From Zygnema circumcarinatum SAG 698-1b (lineage: Eukaryota; Plantae; Zygnematophyceae): a stretch of DNA of 64,000 nucleotides. Of the stretch, positions 11,246-24,424 are shown one piece after another (within the stretch, counting starts at the first letter, position 1; every line of letters starts with the position of its first letter). The notes beneath the pieces are model-generated. The model searched no databases. It was given only the letters and a program-made list of their open reading frames with translations, and had not been told where the DNA came from. The stretch is taken from the NCBI GenBank assembly GCA_037447605.1, contig CM074816.1, positions 1,516,525 through 1,580,524 on the forward strand, in the 5' to 3' direction. A program made the translations under genes and the position numbers.

Positions 11246-13359
11246 GATAGCAAGACGACAAACGGATGAACATACGCCAAGTAAGGGACTCCCACCTTTA
11301 TAACGTGTATCGACTTTTTTGAAGAAGGAAGTAGACAACTTTAAACGCTTTTGTTGCTTTTGCTTATGATTTTCGAAGACTATCTCTGTGCGTGTACCTG
11401 CCTAACCTATGGAATTCTTTTTTTCTTCACTTGTGTCTACTATCTCCCCTAACTCACCCAGCATGATGCTTTGATGTTCGTTGGATTCATTACAGGTGAT
11501 TTTCTGACCATTAGAATTCCATGGACAGTTTTACTGGAGGAGGAAATAGATCAGCAATTTCTGTCTACCATCATAAGCTCACTTGCTTTCAATTTCTGTT
11601 AGCCATGGCGATGTTTCGAGACTCGGTTCAAAAACTTACGTTGGAACTGTAGAAGTGAGGCAGATTCATCATGCTTTTCAATGCGGGCAATTTTTTTTTT
11701 GTTGCATATGCGATATCTAGATATTTGGATGTTTCAGTAACAGGTTCGGGTGTTTACTGGCTACATTTTTGAGCTTGTTTTGGCCTAGTTTAGGATGGTT
11801 ACAGTCGTCCTTGTTGGCTACTTCAGGTATTTTCAGTTTGTTTTGGCCAGTATTTGGATTTTTTTCCTTTGGGTTCGGCGATGCTTTTATTTTCCTTAGG
11901 ATGGTTGGGCCACCCTCTCGAGTCTCTTCACCCCAATCTTTCTTGCTTTGGAAAAGCAACAGTTCAGACCGAATCTGCCGGTCCGTTCCTATAAACTTGA
12001 GCAAAATCCGTTAGTGTATAAGCTCTAATCCACTGCTAGTGCTCCTCTTTGTGCTGATGCCTCATCTCTCATAGCAACGCGTAAAACACTTGCTTTTATC
12101 AATCATGTTGCTGCATTTCTATCAATAGAGTTAAAAAAAACTAAGGAAAAGGTACATTCATAGAAAATTCTCCTATGGGTCGAGTGTAGAACTATGTTAT
12201 GAGCCCCGTACGATGATTTCAAAGGGAGGATTCAAGTCACATCCTTTTGGCAGTCGCGGACCTTCGTATACAAGTTGCGGAGGCTTAGCCCTTTTTCAGG
12301 TTCTGAAATTCGATGTTTTCTTATTAAAGAGGGCTTACCCCCCCCCCTCCCCCCCCAGCAAAAATCCTCCTGGATCCGTCTCTGCGTTTTGGTTTGTTAC
12401 TTCAAAGCAAGAAAAGGTGATGATATGATGTGGCATTGATCTCACGATGGCGATGATGCCATCAAATGTGCATGGTCAACATCATCACGGGGAACCACGA
12501 GGAACTGGTCGCAATGGACCTAAACACAACAGGAAAAAGCTAGGAGCTAAAAGCTACGCCTAGGCTCAACAAACCGAAAATGCTTGAAGCCCTCCATCGA
12601 AAGTCGCCGATGTGGAGTCGTCTGTAAGTTCAACGGCGCGTCGCAAATAGTCGCAGGACTCGTACGACGAGTCGCACATGCGATTCATCATCGCATAGAG
12701 CGTTTTCCAAATTGCGTCGCACGGCCAATAGCGCGCGTCGCATAGCATATCGCGCAGAGTGTCGCACAGAGCGTCGCAGCGGGGCAGCGACAGGGCGCGA
12801 AGTTGGTGATCGCCGGCCTCGCTCACTGGGGAAGGCAGAGAAAGCACTGCGTGCGCATCAAGATGAGCCGTCTGTGTGAGAGAAAACAGAGAGAATAATA
12901 ATGGAAATACGCATGGAGACACTCTTCTATGCTGGAAATAAGAACAATAATTTATAGAATAAATGCATAATTTGATGTCCACATGAAAAATATCGTATTT
13001 TAGGTAAAAATGTGAAGGCCTCGTCGTGAGACCTTTGCACAGCGGAGAACATAGTGGAGGGGATTAAGGGCTTCCGGAGTTCCATTCTCATCCCGCCCCC
13101 CCTCCTTCCAAAAAATTTCCCTTTCCCCACTTCCTCTGTTAAACTTCAAATCTGTATACCCTATACCCAGACCCTATGCCAGTAACTTCCTTACATCATA
13201 AGCGTAAAACGCTAAAATACCTTCCGTTGATAGTAACGTCTCAAATGTAAGTCGTTGACCTTCACGATTTGAGTCCTCACCTCTCCTAAAACCCCTCCTC
13301 AACCCCAAAGCCTCAAACCCCAAACCCTAAACCCTAAACCCTAAACCCTAATTTCGTCC

Positions 13360-16261
13360 TCAACCAACGCATCTTGGGATGCGAAAGTTCTTGGGATTGA
13401 TGCACTTTTTGACGCAGAGGACGCGGCCCTTCGCCCAGGCGGCGCCGCTGCCGATACAAATCCCCGCCTTTGGGCCCATACACTTCCGCCACGTGCCGCG
13501 GTATCGCACGCCGCAGAACGCGCTAATCACAGTCTGACACGTGTCCCCCTCGTCCCACGTGTACGCTTTGGCGCACTTCTCGGGGGGGACGTTCTGATAG
13601 GCCACACAGACCTGAGGGAGGGGCAATGCAGGGGTGGGTTAGATGGATGGGGGATAAACCCTAAGGAGAAAAAAACATTCGAAATATACATTGATGGTTT
13701 TTAGTGCTATTGTCAGTTGGAAATACAAAGGCAGGAGTTTGTTTGTACCTGCTGTCCCAAAAAGAGGTTGTTGCAGTTGATGCCGCGGTTCGCCTCATAG
13801 AACTGCAAGAGCGTAATTTGAGGGTTCCTTTGCAGGATCGATGCGCACCGCGCTGTTTTGAGGTCCGTTTCAGTTACAGTATCGACGCTCGTACACACAA
13901 TGAAGGGGATAGGGTCGCCAAGTACAACGCATACCTGAACCCATAAATGGGAAGAAAGGTAGAGGAAGGTGGGCGGGGGGGGGGAAAGGGGAATAAATTG
14001 AAGTGCAACGACAAGCAGCACTTCATTTACGATCAATATCATTTTCGGAGAGGTCAGATTTCAGAGATGTTAGTGTTCCTGGGTTTGGCCTATTAGGATT
14101 TTCAGATTCCTTAAGAGTTATCAAGACGGTTGTCGAGTTTGCGGACTTTCTGCGTTTCTTACTACATTCGGAATTTGGAGTGTTTGAAAAGTCATTACAA
14201 GTTTTAGTTAGTCATAGTGTTGCAGCCCTATTGAAATCTCAAGCAATTAGAGATTTTCAGGCTTTGAGGCTCCTTAGGGTTTTGCAAGCGTTGCCCGGTA
14301 TTTCGAAATTCACGGTGTTTAGGGTTCAGGGCCGACCAGCTTGTTGGGCGGAAGGCCGGCGGCGTCACAGACGAGGCCGGGGTTCAGCGTTGTGCTCAAA
14401 TCGCCGCCGGCCAATGAGAAGGTCTGCTCGATCAGCCCACACGTGTCTCCCTGCACGCGCGCGCTTGGGGTGTAGGGGTTTAGGGTTTTAGGGTTTTTAG
14501 GCTTTATAGGGTTTTTAGGGTTTTAGGATTTTAGGGTTTTGAAGGTTTCAGGGTTTTAGGGTTTTAGGGTTTTTCGGGTTTTAGGGTTTCAGGGTTTTAG
14601 GATTTTAGGGTTTCAGGTTTTTAGGGTTTTAGCTCAAAACCCGAGAACCGAATCTCTAAAGAAAGTTAAACACTAAACCCTATTCGCATGGGAATGGCTG
14701 CCTCACCGGTTGAACGCTGTAGAACACTTTGCATGAACTCACTCCGGTCGGATCGATGAACAGTTGAACGCCCGGAGTCAATGTGCACGCGCTCACACTC
14801 GACTGCAGAACACAGCAAAACTGTCAATACGCCGACTTTACCATTTTTGTTTTTTTTTTTTTTTTTTGAAAAGAAAGCTCAAGTTTGAATTCCTAGGGTT
14901 TGAAGTCGCTTAGGGTTGGTTACCAGCTCTTGTACGGATGTTTTCATATTCCGAAGAGGTGGGTTTTCCAGGGAGCAAAGAAATGGACTCACCCCTATGG
15001 AAGGATAACTCCTGTCGATGAGTTCTTGGACTGTAATGCCGAAGGAGTATGCGACAAGGGGACACGTGTCGCCTGTTTGGACGGTGTAGGACCCCCCCCC
15101 CCCATAGACTTGTGCTTGAGCAGCTGCACAGAGCCACGCAATAATAAAAAAAAAATGAAAATAAATAAATAAATAAATAAATGTATCCAGAATATTCAGG
15201 TATGAGCAAAAGTCTGACGACCAAACAAATGAAAATAAAATCGAAATATGCCAAAAAGTAAGCGCTTTCAGATGTGTGTGCTAACTTCGGTACTGTCAAC
15301 ATTGAGCAGAACTTATTAGATTCCTCAAATGCCCTAAACCCTAGTACCCAAACCTCCTGCAAACCCTAAAACCCTGAAGACCCTTCAATCCCCTGCACTA
15401 TAGAAACCCCAATCACTCTAAAACCCTGAAGACCCTTAAACCCCCTGCACTATAGAAACCCCAATCACTCTAAAACCCTGAAGACCCTTAAACCCCCTGC
15501 ACTATAGAAACCCCAATCACTCTAAAACCCTGAAGACCCTTAAACCCCCTGCACTATAGAAACCCCAATCACTCTAAAACCCTGAAGACCCTTAAACCCC
15601 CTGCACTATAGAAACCCCAATCACTCTAAAACCCTGAAGACCCTTAAACCCCCTGCACTATAGAAACCCCAATCACTCTAAAACCCTGAAAACTCTAAAA
15701 CCCTGAAGACCCTTAAACCCCCTGCACTATAGAAACCCCAATCACTCTAAAACCCTGAAGACCCTTAAACCCCCTGCACTATAGAAACCCCAATCACTCT
15801 AAAACCCTGAAGACCCTTAAACCCCCTGCACTATAGAAACCCCAATCATTCTAAAACCCTGAAGTCCACTGCTAAAAAATCAGAAACCCTAAAAGAGCAA
15901 AAACCTACCCGGAACACAGAGCGGCTTCCCCGTGCAGGCCGCGGTTTGAAGGTAGCCGCGGAAGCAGAGGCAGTGGTAGTTCCCGTCTCCGTTGTTAACG
16001 CAACTTCCGGGACCGCAGGGATTAGGGCTTGAAGCACCACACACATCAACTGCAAACCATGCAAGGAACATGGGAAATGGTTCAAACATGTTAAAGAGAA
16101 GTTATGGATTCCTGTAAAGGCTTTAGAGACTTGAGAGAGAGGGGGAGAGAGAAAGAGAGAGAGTGAGAGAGACAAAGAGACAGAGACAGAGAGAGAGAGA
16201 GACAGAGAGACAGAGTGAGAGAGAGAGAGAGAGAGAGAGAAAGGAAGAGAGAGAGAGAGAG

Positions 16262-16342
<81 letters not shown>

Positions 16343-16375
16343 AAGAGAGAGACAGAGAGAGAGAGACAGAGAAAC

Positions 16376-16406
<31 letters not shown>

Positions 16407-16427
16407 GAGAGAGAGAGAGAGAAAGAA

Positions 16428-16470
<43 letters not shown>

Positions 16471-19400
16471 ATAGGGAAAGAAACATCCTTACTAAGAGCG
16501 CATGTTTGAGTTCCGTCGGTGTTTTTCGCCACGGTGTAGCCCGCCATGGAGCACGTGCAGCTGTACTTTCCGCTGCCAAGGTTTGAACACGAGCCCGCTC
16601 CGCAAGGGTTCAGGGGACCGCACGCATTGCCATTCGGCGCTGGAGGATCAAGGATCATTAAACCCCACTTAGATACATTGTTAAACCATAGACAATGTTA
16701 GGGGTGGCGAATTCTCTACCGGTCTAAGACCAACTGCTAAATGTTTAGCCTGCTTAAAGCATCCTGCGTTTCCCTTCCGTCTTTTGTACCCACTACGTCG
16801 ACAATTTGCCACCAGCAATACATCACATGATCCATGCTTTTAGGGTTTTTAGGGTTTTAAGGGTTTTAGGGTTTTTAACATCACATTCCACACAGCAGCA
16901 CAAGAAACAGAACAAGGAATCGCCCTCTGAGTCACGTCACGAGGGATGCAGAGTGTGTGAGTGATGTCGAGGTCCATCGCTACATACGCGCTAAGACGGG
17001 GTAGAGGGGTGATGTTGTGATGCCGCATATCCCCCTCTTAATACGAGCATGGCCGTTATATCCCCACGTCTTTCCAAAGGAATTACGGATCAGCCAAAAC
17101 GGAACGCCGGATTCAGTTCCGTAGCCGACAACAAGGACCGTGTGAGTGAGCTGCGCTCCCGGGACGCAGTCTCCCTTTGAATCCGTGAATAAGTTCCACT
17201 GCACACATATATATATATATATTTAAGGATATCAATTTGAGACAGAGAAACAATCTCGCAGCACATATAGAAAAAGTGCTAGAAAAGAAAGAAAAGAAAA
17301 AGGAAAAGAAAGAAGAAAAGTACTAAGTCTCTGTCTAGAGGTCATTCTTATGTCAGAGCAAGCAATCCTTTTTGATGACATGGTGAACTCTAGAAACACT
17401 TTGACGACTAAAATTCTCAAAGACTTAGTACAGTAACGTCTAAGATAAGAATGAGCTTAAAAATGAAAGTGGATCAATTACCGTTTTCCATGACCGCAGT
17501 TCCGTTGTCAGTGTGATGTAGGCTACGGCCGGCTGCCGGCTCACTGCCGCCATGAGGGCTTTCTCGTTCAACGGAGGGACCCCCTCAAACCTCGTTACTT
17601 TCACCACTCCCGGCACTCCATTCTGAACAGCAAACAATGATTCAAATCAAATATGAGTTTTCAAAGGAACATTGAAGAGAAACCCTAAACCCTAATCTTC
17701 AAACCCTTGGTTTTCGGAGAAGAGCTGTACATTGCAAGTCTGAGGAAGACCCGATTTTCCCGAAACGTATGGACCATAACTCGTGGTTTGCGGAAGGCCT
17801 GAAGTTTGCTTGGCGAGCCATTCCAGAATTTGTTCCGGCCAGCCTCCCTTGCAGCCGCCGAAGCAGTCCACAATGTCCTGCTCAGCCAATGAGGTGGTGA
17901 CAGCTGTCCCCGGGGGAGACCTCAAAAGACTGTACGCACTTTCCACGGCTCCAACCACCGCAAATATGGCGCATGTTCCTGCAAGAAATTTGAAAAAAAA
18001 AAGAAAAAACCAAAGAAAGTAATTCATTAATTCGACCCCGACCAAATTGTCAACCATATGCTTTTATATATAAGCATTCGACAGGAGGAACGACAAGCAA
18101 CTTTGCTCTTATAAGGAGTAGTTACTTCCTGCCCTTTAGGCCTCCAGCAGGAGCCACTAGCAGGAAAGAAAGAATCAGGAGTCGATCTGAAACCACCCTA
18201 AACCCTAAACCCTAAACCCTAAGCCCTAAACCCTAAACCCTAAACTCTAAACCCTACTCACCGCAAACCCCCTGATCTTTGGGGTATATCATCGTCCAGC
18301 GCTTATCTACGGAGGCCGGCAGGCGGTCCATCCAGCTGGCGTGCCGCGATAGGGCGTTCAGCTTCGTGTAGCTGATGGCGGCCGCGGGCTGGGGCAGCGC
18401 TAGGCCCGATATGGCTGCATGTTGAACAACAACATGCGCAGAACAATGTTTGCAAGTTAACGTTAAGCTTCATCTTCAACATGTAATGACACCCATCACT
18501 TTCACTTCAATGCTTCATGATCATCATGATGATCATCAGTTTCGTGCCTCATGTCGTTGTTTTCAAATGAAGCGAAGTGGTCACAACCATGGTAATCCGT
18601 CGAGCATCGCGGCATGTGAGTGAATATGCGCACCCTACAAACCCTAAACCCATGAAGTCAAAGAGTTGTGCCACAACTCGCGTGCGACGCGTCGCTGTCC
18701 ATTTGCCTTTTGTCGCAAGTGCCGCCGGCGAATCGCCGTTTTTTACAAGGTGGGACGTGACAGCTTATAAAAGCCGCCGAAGCCGCTTAGTTTCCAGAAG
18801 CCCTGAACCCTAAACCCTAAACCCTAACCCTAAACCCTAAACCCTCCGAGTGCCGCCGGCCGAAAGCTCACATGTTTGAGAGAAGGAGGAGGGCGGCACC
18901 GGCAGCCATAGCTGGTTGCCGATGGAGGTGTCTCCGGGCACCTTGCAGGGCCACTGCGTGAGGGGTGCCCCACTGGACAAATCGACCCCATCGAGGCAGA
19001 GACCATTCTCCACATGCTTCCACTGAATAGCCCAATCGTAATCTCGGATGTAATTTATCATCCACTGTTCCGAGTTTCCGTAATGGCAATCTGCATGAAA
19101 CAAGTGAACAGTGAGTGAATTCAAGTTCACTAGAATGTGAGGGTTTCCATGCACAATCCTAAGCTGTAAGTCTCTCATTTCCCCTGCTTTCGCCTCCGTT
19201 TCCTCCCTCCTTCCCACTCTCAGCCTGCTCCTCCCTCCCTTCCTTACTCCTAAATCGTCCTTCCTTTAACCACCACCTCCCACTCGTTCTTTCTTACTCC
19301 TTTCCTCCCCTTCCGCCGTTTCTCCTCCTTCCCTTCCCTCTTTCCCTCTTCTAGCCCCCCTCTCTCCTCCTCTCTCTCTCTCTCCCGCCCTCTCTCTCCC

Positions 19401-19686
19401 TCTCCAATTAAGCAGCGCAGAGGCAGGCTGCCCTCACCCCACACGAAGAGCTGCTTTCCCCATTCAGTGCTCCCGTAGGGCACATCCAAACAGCGCCCAC
19501 TCTTTTTATCTTTAAAGACGTAACCATTCGACTGCGGAACAACGTTCCATATGGCGCCGTTGCCTACAAGCGTATCTGCAGTAAATAGAAAAGACGAAAA
19601 TCAATTGCCTTGGTTTGTACTTACATATATTTCCATGAGTACATCTTGATATCTAGTCTCGGACTCTGTTAAAACTCGTGTATTCA

Positions 19687-19717
<31 letters not shown>

Positions 19718-22700
19718 AAAGTTTGTTGGCAGCACTTACAGTCCCTGAGAACCATGGAACTTGCAATGTCGACACCTGTCGCCATCCATGCAACTGTCGA
19801 GTCCGGAGGCAGCACCATGATGGACCCATCTATCGGCGAAAGCCAATCTTCCAACGGCTCTGTAATTTGAGCAGACCAAAAAAAACTAAAAAACTTTTGA
19901 GGAAAAAGAAGAGTCAACGACAGAAAAAGGAAGAGAAAACAGACGAAATGAACGAGAAAACTCTCCTACAACAAGTTTCTGCGCTAAGTAAAACCAATCT
20001 TCCTGTCAAAAGCCAATAATCCCCACCTACGCTTCCTTCTTTTTCCTTCACTTTTTTCTTCAGTAAACTAACCATTCAGTACATCAAACTACGAAGTGAA
20101 CTTCTTTTCGAAGAAATTACCTGTTTTAGAAACGAAGGATTGCGGAAAGGACAGCCATAATTGGCTGTCCAGTTTCACTCCAAACCCTGAGGTTTTGCAA
20201 GTGTTCTGCACAAGCTGAGCTCCGTTCTCTATGTTTCCTCCGTCAATGCACAGTCCCGTAAAAGCATTTTGCCATTGAACGGCGGAGTCAGAATTTCGCA
20301 CATAGAGCGGTATCCAATAACCGCCATAAGAATTCCCACAATCTGCAAACCCTAAAAAAACCTCACTTAGCATTATGCAGCGAACTTCAGTACATAACAT
20401 TCAACCGCCGAACATTTCGAAAGAAATATCACTCTCTGAATGATAAATAATCATCATCTGAACCCTAGCAACCTTGGTCTCTTGAAAGTAATTCCTATAA
20501 GTTTTTGTGTTTCTTACCCTGTTGCACAATTTGCAGGCCCACCGTGGTTGAAGCTCCCGGCACATCTAAGCAGAAGCCTCCCGAAGATACAAAATAATTA
20601 TAATTATTAAATTGGTAGTTCGTGAAGAGTTCCCACGTGCTCCCGGAGTTTCCATCGTACCCATTTGGATCTGCGGAAAGGTTTAGGAAAAGGTCATGAA
20701 AACAAGGCAAGTAAACACATACATCACATCCACATCTCCCCCCCCTCCCCCTCCCCCTCAGCCATCCCCCTCCCCTCCCCCCTCCCCCCTCCCCCTCCCC
20801 CCCTCCCCCTCCAGCCATCCCCCATCCCCCTCCCCCTCCCCTCCCCCTCCACCCCCCCTCCCCCCCTCCCCCCTCCCCCCTCCCCTCCCGAAGCCATCCC
20901 CCTCCCCTCCCCTCCCCCCCTCCCCCCCTCCCCCCTCCCCCCCTCCCACCTCCCCCTCCCCCCTCCCCTCCCCCCCTCCCCCCCTCCCCCCTCCCCTCCC
21001 CCTCCCCCTCCCCCTCCCCTCCCCCTCCCCCTCCCCCTCCCCCTCCCCCTCCCCTCCCCCTGCCCCTCAGCCATCCCCCCTCCCCTCCCCCCCTCCCCTC
21101 CCCTCCCCCCCTCCCCTCCCCCCCTCCCCCTCAGCCATCCCCCCTCCCCTCCCCCCCTCCCCTCCCCCTCTCCCCCTCCCCCTCCCCCCTCCCCTCCCCC
21201 CCTCCCCTCCCCCCCTCCTCCCCCTCCCCCCCTCCCCTCCCCCCTCCCCCCTCCCCTCCCCCCTCCCTCCCCCTCCTCCCCCCCTCCCCCTCCCCTCCCC
21301 CCCTCCCCCACTCAGCCATCCCCCATCCCTCCTCCCCCCCCTCCCCCTCCCCTCCCCCCTCCCCCTCCCCCTCCTCCCTCCCCCCCTCCCAGCTGGCTTA
21401 AATCCCCCTCACCCTCCCCCTCCCCCTTCCCTCCCCCTCCCCCCTCCACCTCCCCCTCCCCCTCCACCCCTCCCCTCCCCCCTCCCCTCCCCCTCCCCCC
21501 CTCCCCCCTCCCCCTCCTCCCCCTCCCCCTCCCCCTCCCCCCTCCCCCCTCCCCCTCCCCCCTCCCCCTCGGCAAATCCCCTCCTCCCCCCCTCCCCCCC
21601 TCCCCCTCCCCCTCCCCCCCTCCCCCTCCTCACCTCCACTCACCCCCTCCCCCTCCCCTCCCCCCCTCCCCCCCTCACCCCCTCCCCCCTCCCCCCTCCC
21701 CCCCTCCCCTCCCCTCCCCCCCTCCCCTGCCCCCTCAGCCATCCCCCCTCCCCCTCCCCTCCCCCTCCCCTCCCCCTCCCCCCTCCCCCCTCCCCCCCTC
21801 CCCCCTCCCCCTCCCCCTCCCCCCTCCAAGCCATCCCCCCTCCCCTCCCCCCTCCCCCTCCCCCTCCTCCCCCTCCCCCCTCCCCCCCTCCCCCCTCCCC
21901 CCCTCCCCCCTCCCCCCTCCCCCCTCCCCCTCCCCTCCCCCTCCCCCTTCCCCTCCCTCCTCAGCCATCCCCCCTCCCCCTCCCCCTCCTCCCTCTCCCC
22001 CCTCCTCCCCCCCCTCCCCCCTCCCCCCTCCAACCATCCCCCTCCCCACCTCCCCTCTTTCCCCTCCCCTCCCCTCCCCTCCCCCTCCCCTCCCCCCACT
22101 CTCCTCTTTCTCCCCCCCCCTCAGCCCAAATCTCCCCTCCTCCTCCCCCTCCCCCTCCCCCTCCTCTCCCCCCTCCCCCGCCTCCCCCCTCCCCCTCCCC
22201 TCCCCTCCCCTCCCCCCTCCACCCCTCATTCCCCCTCCCTCCACTCCCGGCCATCCCCCTTCCCCCTCCCCTCCCCTCACCCCCCCTCCCCCTCCTCTCC
22301 CCCCCCTCCTCCACCCCCCTCCTCCCCCCCCTCTCCCGCCCTCTCTCTCCCTCCCTCACACACACATTGTGAGAGGACCATCCCATCGCCGGCGGAACCG
22401 CCAGAGGCCGCCCACGCATTGTTCGACCCGACAGGTGCCACCATGAAGGAACCGTCCTCGGGGGATGTCCATTCTGAAAGCAAGAAGAGAGAGAGAGAGA
22501 CAGGGAGGGAGGGAGGGAGGGAGGGAGGGAGGGAAAGAGGGGCGGGGAGAGGGGGGGGGGGGNNNNNNNNNNCTCCCCCCTCCTCCCCCCTCCCCCTCCC
22601 GCCCTCTCTCTCCCTCCCTCACACACACATTGTGAGAGGACCATCCCATCGCCGGCGGAACCGCCAGAGGCCGCCCACGCATTGTTCGACCCGACAGGTG

Positions 22701-24372
22701 CCACCATGAAGGAACCGTCCTCGGGGGATGTCCATTCTGAAAGCAAGAAGAGAGAGAGAGAGACAGGGAGGGAGGGAGGGAGGGAGGGAGGGAGGGAAAG
22801 AGGGGCGGGGAGAGGGGGGGGGGGGTTGGGGAGAGCGAGAGAAGGAGAGGGATGTTAGTATATGCAAGAAGATGATGAAGAAAAAAGGCGAGTTTGAACA
22901 GATACCAAAGACCTTGATGTGAATCTCAAACAAGAAATAAGTTCAGAAGTCGAAAAGGTTATTTTTTCCGACGTACCGACTGGTGCGGTTGCGGTCAACT
23001 TTCTCCTGTTGGATCCAAAATCTGCATCAGAAATCTTAGAAACCGTTGTAAAATAAGTTGTACGTTTTTTTGAATTAGCAGAGTTACCAGCATCTCAAGG
23101 TTTCTGCTAGCCAAAAGATAAAATAGGGCTCTACTATTTTCCAGTTGACCTCTTTTCACTCTCCGCTTCACTCTCTCTCGATGCGTCCTACCTTCCGTTT
23201 TATTTCTCATTCACAATATAACCGCCGAACTAAAGAATTGTTCCCCCCCCTTCCCTCCCCCTCCCCTCCCTCCCCCTTACGAGCTGGGAAGGGGCCGGCC
23301 TGAAATTATAACTATAATCTATACTTCAACCTTTAGTATTTCCTCACCTGAGAGTTGGCTCGCAACACTATTGGATGCTTCAGAGATTTGAGGAGTCGCT
23401 GCGGACGAACAAAGAACTGGTACATCCCCACAACAAGCAGCTCCACATGAGTATTCGATCCCCCGTTTCCTCATCCTATTCCTCTCCGTATCCTCTCCCT
23501 CCCCCTCCGCCTCTCCCTCTCCCTCTCCCTCCCCCTTCCCCTTCCTTCTCCACTGATACTAGCACCGAAAATGGCGCGCGAACCTGCCTGCCATTTTTCC
23601 TTCAAAAGCCGCAAAACACCTCCACCTCCCTCTACTAACTCCGCCGCCATAGTCTTTAAGTCTTCAAGTCTTGCTATGAGTGTTCAATAAAAGTCAATAA
23701 AAGTCAATAAAAGTCAACGCATTGACTTGCATGCGGAAGTTACATCAAAACAGAGCATGCGTGGGTACAAACACACTGTACCCTCCCCACTCCCGCCCAC
23801 TCTCCCTCCCTCCCTCCCTCCACCTGCACCCTCTCTCCCCCACCTCCAATAACCCCCTAACTCCCCCCTCTGCCTCCCCCTCCCTCTTAGCCTTTCCTAC
23901 CCGCTCCCTCACCCTCATCCCTCCACTATTCATCCTGTCCTCACTCTTACAATCTCGAAATATCTGTCTCACTTCTCTCCTTTCCTTTCTCGTCACTCTG
24001 ATTCCTCCCCCTCTCTCACCCTCCCTCCCTCGTCGCACTCTTTACTTCCCTTTTCCTCTCCCTCTCTCTCTCCATCTCCTCCTCACACCTCTCAAATTTC
24101 CTCCCTCACCCGCTCTCTCCTCCTCCGTCTCTGCCCACTCGCTTTCCATCCTCTCTCTCCATACTCTCTCGTTACTCCGTTTTCAACTCCCCTCCTCCCA
24201 TCCCCTCTATGTCTTCATTACATCCTCCCTTACTATTCATCGTCACGATATTTTCTGCCCCTCATTTCCCTCCTTATCGCTTCGCTCTCTTTCCCTCCTC
24301 TCCATTCGATCGCTCCCTCCTCCTCCTCTCATCCTCCCACCCTCACTCCCTCTCACTCCCCTTTCCTTTCCT

Positions 24373-24424
<52 letters not shown>

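Noticed and set aside
15369-15862. CRISPR-like appearance of the regular repeat arrays here and at 60130-60400
   Set aside because: Head-to-tail repeats without unique spacers, in a eukaryotic context with no cas genes.
20665-22446. 593-aa and 558-aa poly-Pro 'extensin-like' ORFs on +, and Gly-rich ORFs on -
   Set aside because: Pure C-run low complexity, open in several frames, with no signal peptide. The tract lies in an intron of the minus-strand ricin-papain gene.
22313-22820. Exact tandem duplicate of ricin exon a (22473-22360 and 22736-22623)
   Set aside because: The copies are essentially identical and straddle a 10-N gap, so this is most likely an unmerged contig overlap. It needs long reads before being called an exon duplication.
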